From a virus (lineage: Duplodnaviria > Caudoviricetes): DNA of 33,326 nt. Below are positions 1 through 9,285 of the stretch, in pieces (positions within the stretch are counted from its first letter, which is position 1; the number at the start of each line of letters is the position of its first letter). The position numbers were made by a program, and so were the translations under genes. The DNA is taken from positions 1-33,326 of the IMG/VR virus record IMGVR_UViG_3300011335_000907; one strand, given 5' to 3'. The notes below the pieces were generated by a model. That model saw only the letters and a list, made by a program, of their open reading frames with translations, ran no database searches and was not told where the DNA came from.

Positions 1-12
1 GGTTCCGTGAGG
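1..12. repeat. Left copy of 12-bp terminal direct repeat GGTTCCGTGAGG (candidate cos cohesive end)
   Basis: Identical to 33315..33326; lies 36 bp upstream of terS in a phage with a lambda GpA-type terminase. Confidence 0.75.
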
Positions 13-48
13 CGAGTGTTTTAACCGATCGTTGAAATTCAAGGACTT

Positions 49-633
49 ATGTCAACGAAAATGACGCAAATTGAGCTCTCTCGGCAGCTAGGGATGGACC
101 CAGGGCAACTGTCTCTCATGAAAAAGAAGGGCATGCCAGTGACCGACGTTGAGAACGCTAAGATCTGGCTACAGCGAAATCGGATGAGGTCCAAAAAGCA
201 GTCACCCAAAACCGCTCCGCAGTCCATTTCCATGACAGGCGGGGCGTCTGGAAATCCTTTACTGGCAAGGCAGAGGGCACGCGATGCCGAGGAGGGCTGC
301 TACAAGGTAATGACCGAGGCAATCACTCGCGGAATACCGATCGAAATTAAGACGGCAGCACAGGCGTGGCGCGACGCACAGAAGGCAGTATCAGAGGCTG
401 AAAGACAGCTATTTGACTATGAGACCAAGAGCCGCACCACCGTTGGCCTTGATGAAATAAACGAAGTGTTCGCTAGGCATCTAGGCGGCCTGCGGCAGTT
501 GATTGATTCGTTGCCCGCCTCCTTGGCTGGTAAGTGCAATCCGGCCGACTCCGACCTTGCAAGGCAGGTGCTTGAGGACGGGGTGGCTCAGATCTTTGTC
601 CAAATCGAAAAGGCGGAAGGCGCGTTTTCTTGA
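49..633 (+). CDS. terS: Terminase small subunit
   Basis: N-terminal HTH-like segment (TQIELSRQLGMDPGQLS), helical C-terminus like lambda Nu1, TTGA overlap with terL. Confidence 0.75.
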   Translation: MSTKMTQIELSRQLGMDPGQLSLMKKKGMPVTDVENAKIWLQRNRMRSKKQSPKTAPQSISMTGGASGNPLLARQRARDAEEGCYKVMTEAITRGIPIEIKTAAQAWRDAQKAVSEAERQLFDYETKSRTTVGLDEINEVFARHLGGLRQLIDSLPASLAGKCNPADSDLARQVLEDGVAQIFVQIEKAEGAFS

Positions 634-2426
634 GCGCACTGGATAAGGCAGAGATCGGAAGGATGATCAGATCCTACCTACTGCCAAGGGAAAAGCTTGG
701 GCCAGTAGAGTGGGCAGAGAAGAATTTAATCCTTAGCCCCCGAACAACCAACAGTCCGGGCCCTTACAGGACGATAACCACACCATACTGCCGCGAACCG
801 CTAGAGTGCTTTGGCAGAACAAACGTGAGGGACTTGACCTTGGTATGGGCGGCTCAAACCGCAAAGACACAGACCATCCTCGCTGGCATAGCATACGTTT
901 TAGACCGCGATCCTGCTCCGACCATGTGGGTGGCGCCAAGTGAGAGCATGGCTCGGAGCTTTTCAGAGACGCGATGGATTCCCCTGGTGGACGATTGCCC
1001 GGCGTTAGCCGTTCACAAACCCAGCGACCTAGACAAGTTCAAGCTACTCGAACAGCACTACGACAAGATGAGCCTTTGGTTTGTCGGCAGCAACAGCCCA
1101 GCGAATCTCGCATCACGCGCCGTCCGTTTTTTGATAATGGACGAAGTCGATAAGATGGCCGATGCGGGCAAGAGGGAAAGCGGCGCCGTCCAACTAGCCG
1201 AGGCCCGCACGTCCACTTACCCCACCGCACTGCGTGTAAAGACTAGCACGCCAACAATCGAGGAGGGGCCGATCTGGATCGAGTGGCTCAAAGGGGATAT
1301 GCGGTACTATTTTATCCCATGTCCGCACTGTGGCGAATATCAGCGCTTAGTTTGGTCGCAGGTGAAGTGGGACGGCAAAACTGAAAACGGCTGGGACATG
1401 ATCCAAGTCAGGAACACCGCCCACTACGAGTGCGAGAAATGCCAGGGTAAAATATCGGACGGACAAAAATCCGCTTCGTTAAGGAAAGGCGAATGGCGTG
1501 CCACCAATCCCATCGCTGAGCCAGGGCGCCGGTCCTATCATCTTTCCGCCATCTATTCCAGCTGGTCTACGTTCGGGCAGTTGGCAGTAAAATTTCTGCA
1601 AGATCGATCGAACGGTCTTATCGGACTGCAGGACTTTGTGAACAGAGTCCTAGCCGAGCCTTGGGTCGAACAAAACGAGGAGCAACAAACAGGTGCTAGT
1701 TTCGGCGGGTACCGAATGGGAGAGCCAGCTCCCATAGGCAGTAAGGTGATTGTCTCTGCCGACATTCAAGAGAGCGGAGGCTGGCACTGCTGGGTGGTGG
1801 TCAGGGCGTGGCAGGCCAACGCAGGATCGCGACTGCTTTGGTGCGGCCGCCTAGAAAGCTGGGACGAACTACGGGCTAAGCAGCTAGAGTTTGCCGTCCC
1901 CGATGAGAACGTCTTTTGCGACGCGGCGGATCAAACCAGATCAGTGTACTGGAACGCATGCCGCTTTGGTTGGGTCTGCCTTTGGGGATCTGACCTAAAG
2001 CACTTTGCTCACTTCACAAAAGGCGGCCGAGCCAATCGCCCATTCAGTCCAGTGAGCGTTGGAGATCCGCTTGCGGGCAAGGCAGGGGACACCACTGGGC
2101 TCACACGTCGTTACGCCCGCGTATTTAAATGGAGCAACCCAGCCGTCAAAGACATGCTCCTCACCCTTCGCCTGTCTGGATCTTTCCTAGTGCCGGACGA
2201 CGTGCCAGCAGTTTATCAGGAGCACATCACATCAGAGATTAAGAAAGAAGTTAGAAACCCGATGACAGGGCGGGTGCGTGTAATTTGGAAGCAGGTTAAA
2301 AAGCAAAACCACTTACTCGATTCGGAACTGATGGGCGTTGTCGGAGCCTTGCTCCACGGGTTAATCAATGCAGATCCAGCGGCAATCCAAGAAGCTAATT
2401 TAACCCCGGATTCGTCTTCGAAATAA
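630..2426 (+). CDS. terL: Terminase large subunit, lambda GpA family
   Basis: Walker A-like AAQTAKT, Walker B FLIMDEVD, STPT motif, CPHC...CEKC Zn knuckle, C-terminal NHLLD nuclease motif. Confidence 0.95.
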   Translation: MSALDKAEIGRMIRSYLLPREKLGPVEWAEKNLILSPRTTNSPGPYRTITTPYCREPLECFGRTNVRDLTLVWAAQTAKTQTILAGIAYVLDRDPAPTMWVAPSESMARSFSETRWIPLVDDCPALAVHKPSDLDKFKLLEQHYDKMSLWFVGSNSPANLASRAVRFLIMDEVDKMADAGKRESGAVQLAEARTSTYPTALRVKTSTPTIEEGPIWIEWLKGDMRYYFIPCPHCGEYQRLVWSQVKWDGKTENGWDMIQVRNTAHYECEKCQGKISDGQKSASLRKGEWRATNPIAEPGRRSYHLSAIYSSWSTFGQLAVKFLQDRSNGLIGLQDFVNRVLAEPWVEQNEEQQTGASFGGYRMGEPAPIGSKVIVSADIQESGGWHCWVVVRAWQANAGSRLLWCGRLESWDELRAKQLEFAVPDENVFCDAADQTRSVYWNACRFGWVCLWGSDLKHFAHFTKGGRANRPFSPVSVGDPLAGKAGDTTGLTRRYARVFKWSNPAVKDMLLTLRLSGSFLVPDDVPAVYQEHITSEIKKEVRNPMTGRVRVIWKQVKKQNHLLDSELMGVVGALLHGLINADPAAIQEANLTPDSSSK

Positions 2427-2679
2427 TCTCGTTTTGCTTTTCTTGGCTGAGATTACTTTGCTCTAGCTGCTCTAGGATTCTTCTTTGTAAATCAAGCGCC
2501 TCCTGCCTCTTGCACTCTTCCACGTTAGCCAGCGCCCGATTTAAAGCCCGTTTCTTGCCGATCCAAATACAGATGTAGGCAATCATAGCACCCCAAAAAA
2601 GCGTGTTTAAGATTGCGGGATGAATTGAACAAATTATTTCGGTTAATTTAATAAACCAAGGCTGATCGCACAAAGGCAT
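2395..2679 (-). CDS. Small membrane-anchored coiled-coil protein (moron), probable leaderless start at ATG 2679
   Basis: One hydrophobic helix followed by charged coiled coil; AT-rich; opposite strand to flanking head genes; own promoter. Confidence 0.65.
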   Translation of the reverse strand: MPLCDQPWFIKLTEIICSIHPAILNTLFWGAMIAYICIWIGKKRALNRALANVEECKRQEALDLQRRILEQLEQSNLSQEKQNEIISKTNPGLN

Positions 2680-2685
2680 ACCCAC

Positions 2686-2713
2686 AGGTTACCCGTCTGT
2701 TGACACGTGGCAA
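2686..2713 (-). promoter_or_regulatory. Sigma70-like promoter for the moron: TTGCCA-N16-TAACCT-N6-ATG
   Basis: Near-consensus -35/-10 with the ATG at the expected +1 position. Confidence 0.55.
2700..2705 (+). promoter_or_regulatory. TTGACA late-gene element, 13 nt before ATG 2719
   Basis: One of nine (T/G/A)TGACA-N13-16-ATG sites found by eye. Confidence 0.65.
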
Positions 2714-2718
2714 ACACA

Positions 2719-3015
2719 ATGGCCGCCCTTTCCCGCAGACTGATCCGGGCAGTCGCCACCGATTACTTAGCGCAAGCAAGCGGGGTGACTGCGTCCGCCC
2801 TAGTATCGCTCGCCGCGGATCGTAATACCGCCATGAGCGGCGCCGCCTCTGGCCGAGCCTTGGTAGGATCTTCAGCCGGCGGCCAATCCGCTAGCTTCCA
2901 GATCGATCTCAAGCCCACCGACCGCGTTGAACTTTTTCAAAGCGCCATCGATTACCTCGGCGGCCTCACCCTCACCCGAACCACAGCGGACTTTACGTTC
3001 GTGATTGATAGCTAA
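2719..3015 (+). CDS. Head completion / gpW-position protein
   Basis: ~100 aa gene between terL and portal (lambda W slot), TAATG coupling to portal; start moved to ATG 2719. Confidence 0.55.
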   Translation: MAALSRRLIRAVATDYLAQASGVTASALVSLAADRNTAMSGAASGRALVGSSAGGQSASFQIDLKPTDRVELFQSAIDYLGGLTLTRTTADFTFVIDS

Positions 3016-4643
3016 TGGCTAGCGTCTCCCTCGTTCGTCGGTTAGGCGCAGGCATCAAAAGCTTTAGCGCAGGATTCGGATCTGGCATCAGCACGTTCCA
3101 GCCTTACGAAGCGGCAGGATTCTCCCGCAAACGCCCCGTCATCTACGGTGCACATGCGCGTGATTCGTCACTGGATTTAAGCGAATGGACAAGACTAGAA
3201 CTTCTTAAGCTTGCTCGGCACATGTATAGAAACGTTGGCCTGATTAAAGGCGCCGTCGATTCAATCGCAGCCTACTCCGTCGGCCCAGGACTCCGCCCAC
3301 AATATCGCGGGACAGATACAGAGTTTGGAAAGTTGGCCGAGCAGTATTGGCGGGACGTAGTGGCGCCTAATCCAGAGGTGACGGGCCGCATGACCTGGAC
3401 AGATCTCCTCTTAGCACTCAGCCGATCCATCGACGTAGACGGCGACGTGTTCGTCATCATGACCGACAAAGGAAAATTACAAGTCGTTGAAGGTCACAGA
3501 GTTTGCGATGGTGACAACTACGAGAGCACCGACGGCGTGTTCCTTGGTAAGATGGGCGAGCCCACCGCCTACCTGCTCGAGCTCGGCGACACCTACCGCA
3601 AAATTAATTCCGATCTCGTTATTCATCTTATGGAAATGGAACGGCCAGATCAGATCCGTGGTGGATCTAATTTAGCCAGAGCACTTAATCACGTCCGCGA
3701 TCTAAAACTCTTGGGCGAGTTTGAAAAAGACGCGCTCAAATTGCAGGGATCGATCGCCGCCGTTATTACATCGAACGAAGGCGACGCACTTGCAGGCAGC
3801 GGCGGATTCTTTGGTAACATAGCCACCGCCGATCTTGGCGATACGTCCATCGCACGGGAGCAGATCACCAGCTCAGCCACCATCCCGCGACTCGCCCCTG
3901 GGGAAAAGATCGAGATGGTCGCACCCAACCGGCCGAACAACGGATTCGAGCCTTTCGCCAAATTCCTTATCCGCGACGTAGCTATGGGCCTAGGTCTGCC
4001 GATCGAGTTTGTTTACGACCCAGCATCAGTCGGTGGGGCAGGGATGCGATTTATTGTGGCCAAAGCACAGCGCCGCTTTGAGCAACGCCAACGCCTGTTA
4101 GTCGATCGATTCTGCAACAGATCGTGGGCGTACTTTATCGGCAGAGCCATCGCTAACGGGGATTTACCACCCGCAGAAGATTATCGGAAAGTATCCTGGC
4201 AAACGCCTAAGTCACTCACCGTGGACGCCGGCCGCGAACAAATGCAGGCACGCGAGGACTATAAGGCGGGCCTTTCCAGCCTGCAGGACTACTTTGGGGA
4301 ACTTGGGCTCGACTGGGAAGAGCAAGTCTTGCAGATGAACAAAGAAAAGCAGTTCATCGCCGCACTCACACCAGCGGCCGCGCCGATCACCGCCGCCCCA
4401 GACGAAGCGCCGATCCCACAGGAACCGCAATCCGATAACACTGCCACCGATACCACCACCCCCACCGATATCATTGACCCGAACCAGATTAAGCCTGGCC
4501 CCAACAGCGTGCCCGAGCAGCTCGCTGCCCCATCCTTTATCATGCCCGACGACGCACCCGATTTTAACCTCAGCGCTAAAGAGCTCAACATGATCGTCAC
4601 TGCCCTCGGCATCGGTAAGACCAAAGCTAAGAAAAGAAAGTAA
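3015..4643 (+). CDS. Portal protein, lambda family
   Basis: ARHMYRN, VGPGLRPQ, DGDVF, ERPDQIRG, VDAGRE motifs typical of lambda-type portals; long Pro/Ala/Thr/acidic C-terminal tail. Confidence 0.92.
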   Translation: MASVSLVRRLGAGIKSFSAGFGSGISTFQPYEAAGFSRKRPVIYGAHARDSSLDLSEWTRLELLKLARHMYRNVGLIKGAVDSIAAYSVGPGLRPQYRGTDTEFGKLAEQYWRDVVAPNPEVTGRMTWTDLLLALSRSIDVDGDVFVIMTDKGKLQVVEGHRVCDGDNYESTDGVFLGKMGEPTAYLLELGDTYRKINSDLVIHLMEMERPDQIRGGSNLARALNHVRDLKLLGEFEKDALKLQGSIAAVITSNEGDALAGSGGFFGNIATADLGDTSIAREQITSSATIPRLAPGEKIEMVAPNRPNNGFEPFAKFLIRDVAMGLGLPIEFVYDPASVGGAGMRFIVAKAQRRFEQRQRLLVDRFCNRSWAYFIGRAIANGDLPPAEDYRKVSWQTPKSLTVDAGREQMQAREDYKAGLSSLQDYFGELGLDWEEQVLQMNKEKQFIAALTPAAAPITAAPDEAPIPQEPQSDNTATDTTTPTDIIDPNQIKPGPNSVPEQLAAPSFIMPDDAPDFNLSAKELNMIVTALGIGKTKAKKRK

Positions 4644-4644
4644 T

Positions 4645-4650
4645 TTGACA
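4645..4650 (+). promoter_or_regulatory. TTGACA late-gene element, 14 nt before ATG 4665
   Basis: Recurrent motif in intergenic position. Confidence 0.65.
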
Positions 4651-4664
4651 TCCGCTGGCCGAGT

Positions 4665-5558
4665 ATGGCCAACAAACTCCCGTCCGTTTCCATTCTTACT
4701 GTAGGCGAGGCCAAGGGCCACGACCTCCTCATCGACCAAACCTCCCTCGAACAAGCGCTCGCCGTAGCGCAAACCATGAAGAGGATCAAAGTCACCATGG
4801 GCCACGGCGCCCAGGTAGACGGCATCCTCGGCTACATCGACGGATTTGTAATTAAGGGCGATCGGCTCATGGGCGATCTCACCCTCTTCAGCACCACCCA
4901 AGCCCAGTTCGTACAGCACCTAGCCACCGTACTTCCGGAGGGATTCGGCTTGTCCCTCACATTCAGCGGAGTACCCGCCGAAGTGGGCGGCAATCGGTAC
5001 GCCCGTGTGAGCGAGATCTACGACATCTCCGTCGTTTCCACTCCGGCCGCTAATCCCGCCGGGATGTTTTCTTCCTTCACCGCAGTTGACATCCAAAAAC
5101 TACAAATGATCGAAGCACCTATCGTCGAGAAAATTGAAGCGGCCCCCGTGGTCGAAGTTATCGCCACCCCCGAAGTCGCGCCCGTTGTAGCTGCCTTGGC
5201 CGAAGCGCCCGCCGCCACGCCTGACGCGCCCGTCGAAACCAAAGCCGCTGAGCCCACCTTGGTGGATATCGCCGCCATGCTCACTGAGCTTCTCGGCCTA
5301 ATGAAAGTCGACGCAGCCTCCGACATTACCGAAGAGCCCGCCATGGATATGGCCAAAAAAGAAGTCGCCGCCATGGCCGCCGTCATCGACCCAAAAACTG
5401 TCATCACTCTAGAAAAAGCGAAGACCGATTCTGCAGGTGCGGAACCGATCCCCGCTGAATCCGCCCAGCCGGTTGGCCGCGGTGAAATCCTAAACCAATT
5501 CAACCAGGAGAAGGACGATTCTAAACGAGTCAAACTTCTCCGCAAATTAGGTCTCTAA
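4665..5558 (+). CDS. Prohead maturation protease fused to scaffold domain
   Basis: Between portal and capsid; His (TMGHG), GLSLTF and ISVVSTPAANP motifs; acidic Ala/Pro/Glu-rich C-half. Confidence 0.75.
   Translation: MANKLPSVSILTVGEAKGHDLLIDQTSLEQALAVAQTMKRIKVTMGHGAQVDGILGYIDGFVIKGDRLMGDLTLFSTTQAQFVQHLATVLPEGFGLSLTFSGVPAEVGGNRYARVSEIYDISVVSTPAANPAGMFSSFTAVDIQKLQMIEAPIVEKIEAAPVVEVIATPEVAPVVAALAEAPAATPDAPVETKAAEPTLVDIAAMLTELLGLMKVDAASDITEEPAMDMAKKEVAAMAAVIDPKTVITLEKAKTDSAGAEPIPAESAQPVGRGEILNQFNQEKDDSKRVKLLRKLGL
5106..5558 (+). CDS. Nested in-frame scaffold protein (lambda Nu3 / Mu Z-like)
   Basis: In-frame ATG at the protease/scaffold boundary preceded by TTGACA (5086..5091) at 14 nt. Confidence 0.6.
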   Translation: MIEAPIVEKIEAAPVVEVIATPEVAPVVAALAEAPAATPDAPVETKAAEPTLVDIAAMLTELLGLMKVDAASDITEEPAMDMAKKEVAAMAAVIDPKTVITLEKAKTDSAGAEPIPAESAQPVGRGEILNQFNQEKDDSKRVKLLRKLGL

Positions 5559-5586
5559 GACCTAAAGAAAACAGGAACAAACCACC

Positions 5587-6477
5587 ATGGCAAATACACT
5601 CGGCACAACCAATGCAAACGTAATCGCGCAGAGGGCGTTAGAAATCCTCGTCGCCGATTACAGCTTCCTCCGCTCAGGAGTCACAGACTTTTCCAGCGAC
5701 GCAGCCAAGTACGGCGCGTCCGTCTATACGTCCCGCCTCAGCGCGCTGACGGCCTCGGATTATAGCCAGAGCACTGGTTACGCGTCCGCCGCTGTTACGC
5801 AAACGGACGTATCCATCACCTTGAACAAGTTCAAGCACGTTTCCTACTCGGTGGACGATCAGGAACGTACCAGCTCGAACGTGAACTTGATCGAGCGTTT
5901 CGCAGGTGCGGCCGCTCATGCGATCGGGTTGCAGATGGTGGGCGATTTGCTCACCCTCGTAACTTCTTCGACGTTCACCAGCGCGATCACAGTTGCTTCC
6001 ACCGCGTTTAACTATCGCTCGGTTGTCTCTGCAGGTGCAGTGCTCAACGCAAACAACTCGCCCGTCAACGGTCGCTACTGCGTGTTGGCGCCTTTGTACT
6101 ACGGCGCGTTGATGAATGATACGACCGTGGTTGCGAATCCTCAGATCACTGGAGACATCGTTCGCGGTGGTGGGATTGGCAAAGTTGCTGGGTTCGATGT
6201 GAACCAGTACAGCGCCATTCCTGCAAACGGCATCACCCTCGGCGGATTCTTCGCCCAACAGGAAGCGCTGCTCATCGCGGCCCGCGTGCCCGAAGTGCCC
6301 ACCGGCGTCCCCATCCCTGGAGATATCTCCATCGTGACGGAACCCCGCACAGGTCTGAGCGTTATGGTTCGTGAGAGCTATAACATCACCCTCGGCACCC
6401 TCCAACGCACCTACGCCTTGATCTACGGCGTGAAAGCCGGAGAGCCCAACAGTCTCGTACGTATCAACGGAGCCTAA
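5587..6477 (+). CDS. Major capsid protein
   Basis: 296 aa after protease/scaffold; AGGA SD; GKVAGFDV and ALIYGVK motifs typical of HK97-fold coats; followed by a strong hairpin. Confidence 0.85.
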   Translation: MANTLGTTNANVIAQRALEILVADYSFLRSGVTDFSSDAAKYGASVYTSRLSALTASDYSQSTGYASAAVTQTDVSITLNKFKHVSYSVDDQERTSSNVNLIERFAGAAAHAIGLQMVGDLLTLVTSSTFTSAITVASTAFNYRSVVSAGAVLNANNSPVNGRYCVLAPLYYGALMNDTTVVANPQITGDIVRGGGIGKVAGFDVNQYSAIPANGITLGGFFAQQEALLIAARVPEVPTGVPIPGDISIVTEPRTGLSVMVRESYNITLGTLQRTYALIYGVKAGEPNSLVRINGA

Positions 6478-6489
6478 GTCACTCGGAAC

Positions 6490-6537
6490 GGGCGGTGGTC
6501 CACTCGGATCACCGCCCCTTCCACCTAAAGAAATCCT
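6490..6537 (+). terminator. GC-rich hairpin (GGGCGGTGGTCC-ACTC-GGATCACCGCCC) followed by GAAATCCT; no poly-U
   Basis: 12-bp stem with one GU pair directly after the capsid stop. Confidence 0.55.
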
Positions 6538-6543
6538 CGATCC

Positions 6544-6843
6544 ATGTCTGATTTTACCGAAGCACTTAAAGAATCGCTCGCCGTTTTGCACGGGCAAACA
6601 GGCACCACCGTCACCATCGGTTCTGCCGCCGTCACTGGCATCCTTTCCACCATCAGCCGCAAAGAGAACGTTGAGCTTGGCGGATTTGATCTGGATTTAA
6701 ATAGCACCTTCACCATCGATATCTCTTCACTCGCCACCGCACCCACCATCGGATCTGTCCTAGTGGCGAATTCTGTTTCCTACCGCATCGTCACCGTCGA
6801 CACCTCCGTCGGCTCCTACCTCCTCGGCCTTAGAGAAAAGTAG
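6544..6843 (+). CDS. Head-tail joining protein (gpFII-like)
   Basis: 99 aa beta-rich protein after capsid, ending SYRIVTVD...YLLGL. Confidence 0.65.
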   Translation: MSDFTEALKESLAVLHGQTGTTVTIGSAAVTGILSTISRKENVELGGFDLDLNSTFTIDISSLATAPTIGSVLVANSVSYRIVTVDTSVGSYLLGLREK

Positions 6844-6850
6844 ACTCGTT

Positions 6851-8542
6851 ATGGCACCCCGAAATCCTCCTAAAATATCGGTCTATTTTATTGCAGGCCA
6901 CGAGGCCCAATTTATTGGCAGGGCGTTGGCCGCCTTCCGTCCTTTCTGTAGTGAAATCATCGTGGCACTTGCCCAGGGTAACCGGCCGGACGACGGCACC
7001 CGCGAGATCGCCGAGAAGGCAGGCGCCACCGTCATCACCTACCACAACTCCGGCACGGCCGCGGACTGGCCCCACGTCGATAATTTTGCCCATGCCCGTA
7101 ACTGCGCACTCAATGCGTGTACTGGTGACTACGCCGTCTGGTTCGATTGCGACGATCTACCCGCCACAGACCTCGATAAATGCTTCACAAGGGCCGTGGA
7201 GGCGTTTGAAAAAGATTCAGCCCTAGGGATCTACGCAGGCGTCTACGCAGTTTTAAACGCCAAACTAAACCCAATAAGGGAACGTATGGTGCGAAGATTG
7301 CCTGACGGAAGTTGGTCTGGCACCTGGCACTACGCCGTCCATGAGGCGCTTTTGCCGATTGCTGGCTTTAAATCTGTAGGGGAACAGAACGTCTGGTGCG
7401 AACACCACTGCGGTGGGTACAAGCCGGGCAGCGCAGATCGTAACCTCCGCATCCTTGGCGGCGAACTTAGCCAAGCGGGCAAGTACGCCTACTACTACCA
7501 GCAGGAACTATTTTTAGGGAACAAGCGCAACGAGAGCGGCGTCTGGTCCCGCGTGGCCGCCTATTGGCCCGGCCAAGAACCCACCCTGCAGTACGAGGCC
7601 ATGTGCAACTACGCGGCCGCGCACCCCGACAGGGATACTCGCATGCGGCTTTATGCGGAGGCCCATCAGCTCCAGCCCGGTAGGCGTGAGGCGCTGTACT
7701 ACATGGCTCGCGAGGAAGCATCCGTGGGCAGGTGGGGCGCCGTTTACTACATGCTCAAGGCGGCCATGGTTCAGCCCGATCCCGGCATCTCGATTTGGAA
7801 CTGCCAGAGATCGATCTACGACTTCGAGTGCATTGATCTGTACATCGCAGCCGCCCGCATGACCGGCGATATGGCGGAAGTGGAGAAGATCACAACCTCC
7901 TGGCGTAAGCAGTCACCAATTAAAATTTCCATCCTTCACGCCACCCGCGGTCGTCCACAAGAAGCCATTAACGCCCGCGTCTTGTGGATGAAGAAAGCAT
8001 CCCACCCGCAGAACATAGAATGGATCTTTTCCTGCGATAACGACGACCCTACCGCCGCCGTCCTCAAGCCTTGGAATCCCGTCATGGGCGATGGCAGTTG
8101 CGTCGCCGCATGGAACAGGGCGGCCGTTCAAGCCCAGGGCGAAATCCTTATTCAAGCTAGCGACGATTGGGACCCACCCCTCTACTGGGACACGATTGTG
8201 ACCGAACGCTTGGGCGATCTTAGTAAGCCCAAGGTCTTGGCAATCTCCGACGGACACCGCACCGACGAACTTCTTTGTATGGCCATTTTAACAAAAGCTC
8301 GGCTTATCCAGCAGAGCTCACTTTTTGCAAATGAATACGACGCCTGCTCGGGCATCTTTAGCGATAACGAGTTTAGCCACAGAGCAAGCAAAGACGGCGT
8401 CATCGTCCAGGCTAAGGACGTCGTCTTTACCCATAACAACCCCATGTTCACGGGTGCAACACCAGACGCGGAATTTAAAAAGCATAACGCGAAAGAAAAC
8501 TACGTCCTCGGCGAAAAGATATTTAAGGAAAGGAACCCGTGA
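6851..8542 (+). CDS. Glycosyltransferase: GT2 + TPR-like helical region + second GT-A domain
   Basis: DDGTREIA, NFAHARN, WFDCDD (DxD), VHEAL, RNLRIL; helical repeats; second domain ISILHATRGRP...QASDDW. Confidence 0.9.
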   Translation: MAPRNPPKISVYFIAGHEAQFIGRALAAFRPFCSEIIVALAQGNRPDDGTREIAEKAGATVITYHNSGTAADWPHVDNFAHARNCALNACTGDYAVWFDCDDLPATDLDKCFTRAVEAFEKDSALGIYAGVYAVLNAKLNPIRERMVRRLPDGSWSGTWHYAVHEALLPIAGFKSVGEQNVWCEHHCGGYKPGSADRNLRILGGELSQAGKYAYYYQQELFLGNKRNESGVWSRVAAYWPGQEPTLQYEAMCNYAAAHPDRDTRMRLYAEAHQLQPGRREALYYMAREEASVGRWGAVYYMLKAAMVQPDPGISIWNCQRSIYDFECIDLYIAAARMTGDMAEVEKITTSWRKQSPIKISILHATRGRPQEAINARVLWMKKASHPQNIEWIFSCDNDDPTAAVLKPWNPVMGDGSCVAAWNRAAVQAQGEILIQASDDWDPPLYWDTIVTERLGDLSKPKVLAISDGHRTDELLCMAILTKARLIQQSSLFANEYDACSGIFSDNEFSHRASKDGVIVQAKDVVFTHNNPMFTGATPDAEFKKHNAKENYVLGEKIFKERNP

Positions 8543-9285
8543 TCCACACCCATAACGGTCTGCGTCTTGGGGACAATCTCATCCAGTTAAACTTCCTTCG
8601 TCGTCTTAGCCTGGCCAATCCAGAACTAGAGATCACCCACTACTATAATTCGTCTTTTTGCAAAGTGGAGGAACTAGATCCACTCCGCACAGAACGCATT
8701 TTCCTGCGCCCCATCAGTGAGGCGCCCACCGAGAGCATTGATTCCTGGCGCAACACAGGCGGGCACTGGGAACGTCACCCCGATAAATTAAACTTTGCCC
8801 AATTCCATCTCGATTGGTTTGCCGAGTTAGCCAGTAGAATGACGGTAAAGAATCCGATCACCACCGTGGACGATCTTCTTTTTGATTATCCAGCCCTCAC
8901 AGAAAACGTAGAAAACTTTGACGCCATCGTTATTAATTCACCACCGCTTTCTGGACAGTTTCAAAACTTCTCCGCTCAAGGTTTTATCGATCTTATCCGA
9001 CTCCTGCAAGTAAAGGGCATGCGCGTACTGTCCACCGCACCTACCGGGATCTGTGCCTGCTCCCAACCACACGACGTAAGCTGGATCGGCGCCGCCTCTA
9101 CTACCGCCAAGCTTATCGTCGGTGCCTCCACCGGCCCCAGTTGGCCCTGCTTCAACGTTCACAACCGCTCCGCCCTTCACGTCATGTGCGCCGACGTCGA
9201 GAATGTCGTCCTTACCCCGCGCGGTCGGGTTGCCCGCAGTCCGCATCACGCCATTTCTGTGCTCGAGGAACTAGGAATTCTATGA
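8539..9285 (+). CDS. GT-B fold glycosyltransferase, GT9 (heptosyltransferase)-like
   Basis: N-terminal RLGDNL and C-terminal IVGASTGPSW resemble GT9 GLGD and DSGP motifs. Confidence 0.6.
   Translation: MIHTHNGLRLGDNLIQLNFLRRLSLANPELEITHYYNSSFCKVEELDPLRTERIFLRPISEAPTESIDSWRNTGGHWERHPDKLNFAQFHLDWFAELASRMTVKNPITTVDDLLFDYPALTENVENFDAIVINSPPLSGQFQNFSAQGFIDLIRLLQVKGMRVLSTAPTGICACSQPHDVSWIGAASTTAKLIVGASTGPSWPCFNVHNRSALHVMCADVENVVLTPRGRVARSPHHAISVLEELGIL

Noticed and set aside
4212-5545. Minus-strand ORFs of 235, 178 and 175 aa
   Set aside because: Shadows of portal and protease genes
5674-6597. 307-aa minus-strand ORF
   Set aside because: Antisense shadow of the capsid gene; no motifs, explained by codon bias
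9141-9281. Longest-ORF starts at 9141 (also 23905, 24603, 26866, 26521 on minus)
   Set aside because: Extensions overlap upstream genes or promoters; downstream coupled starts fit better
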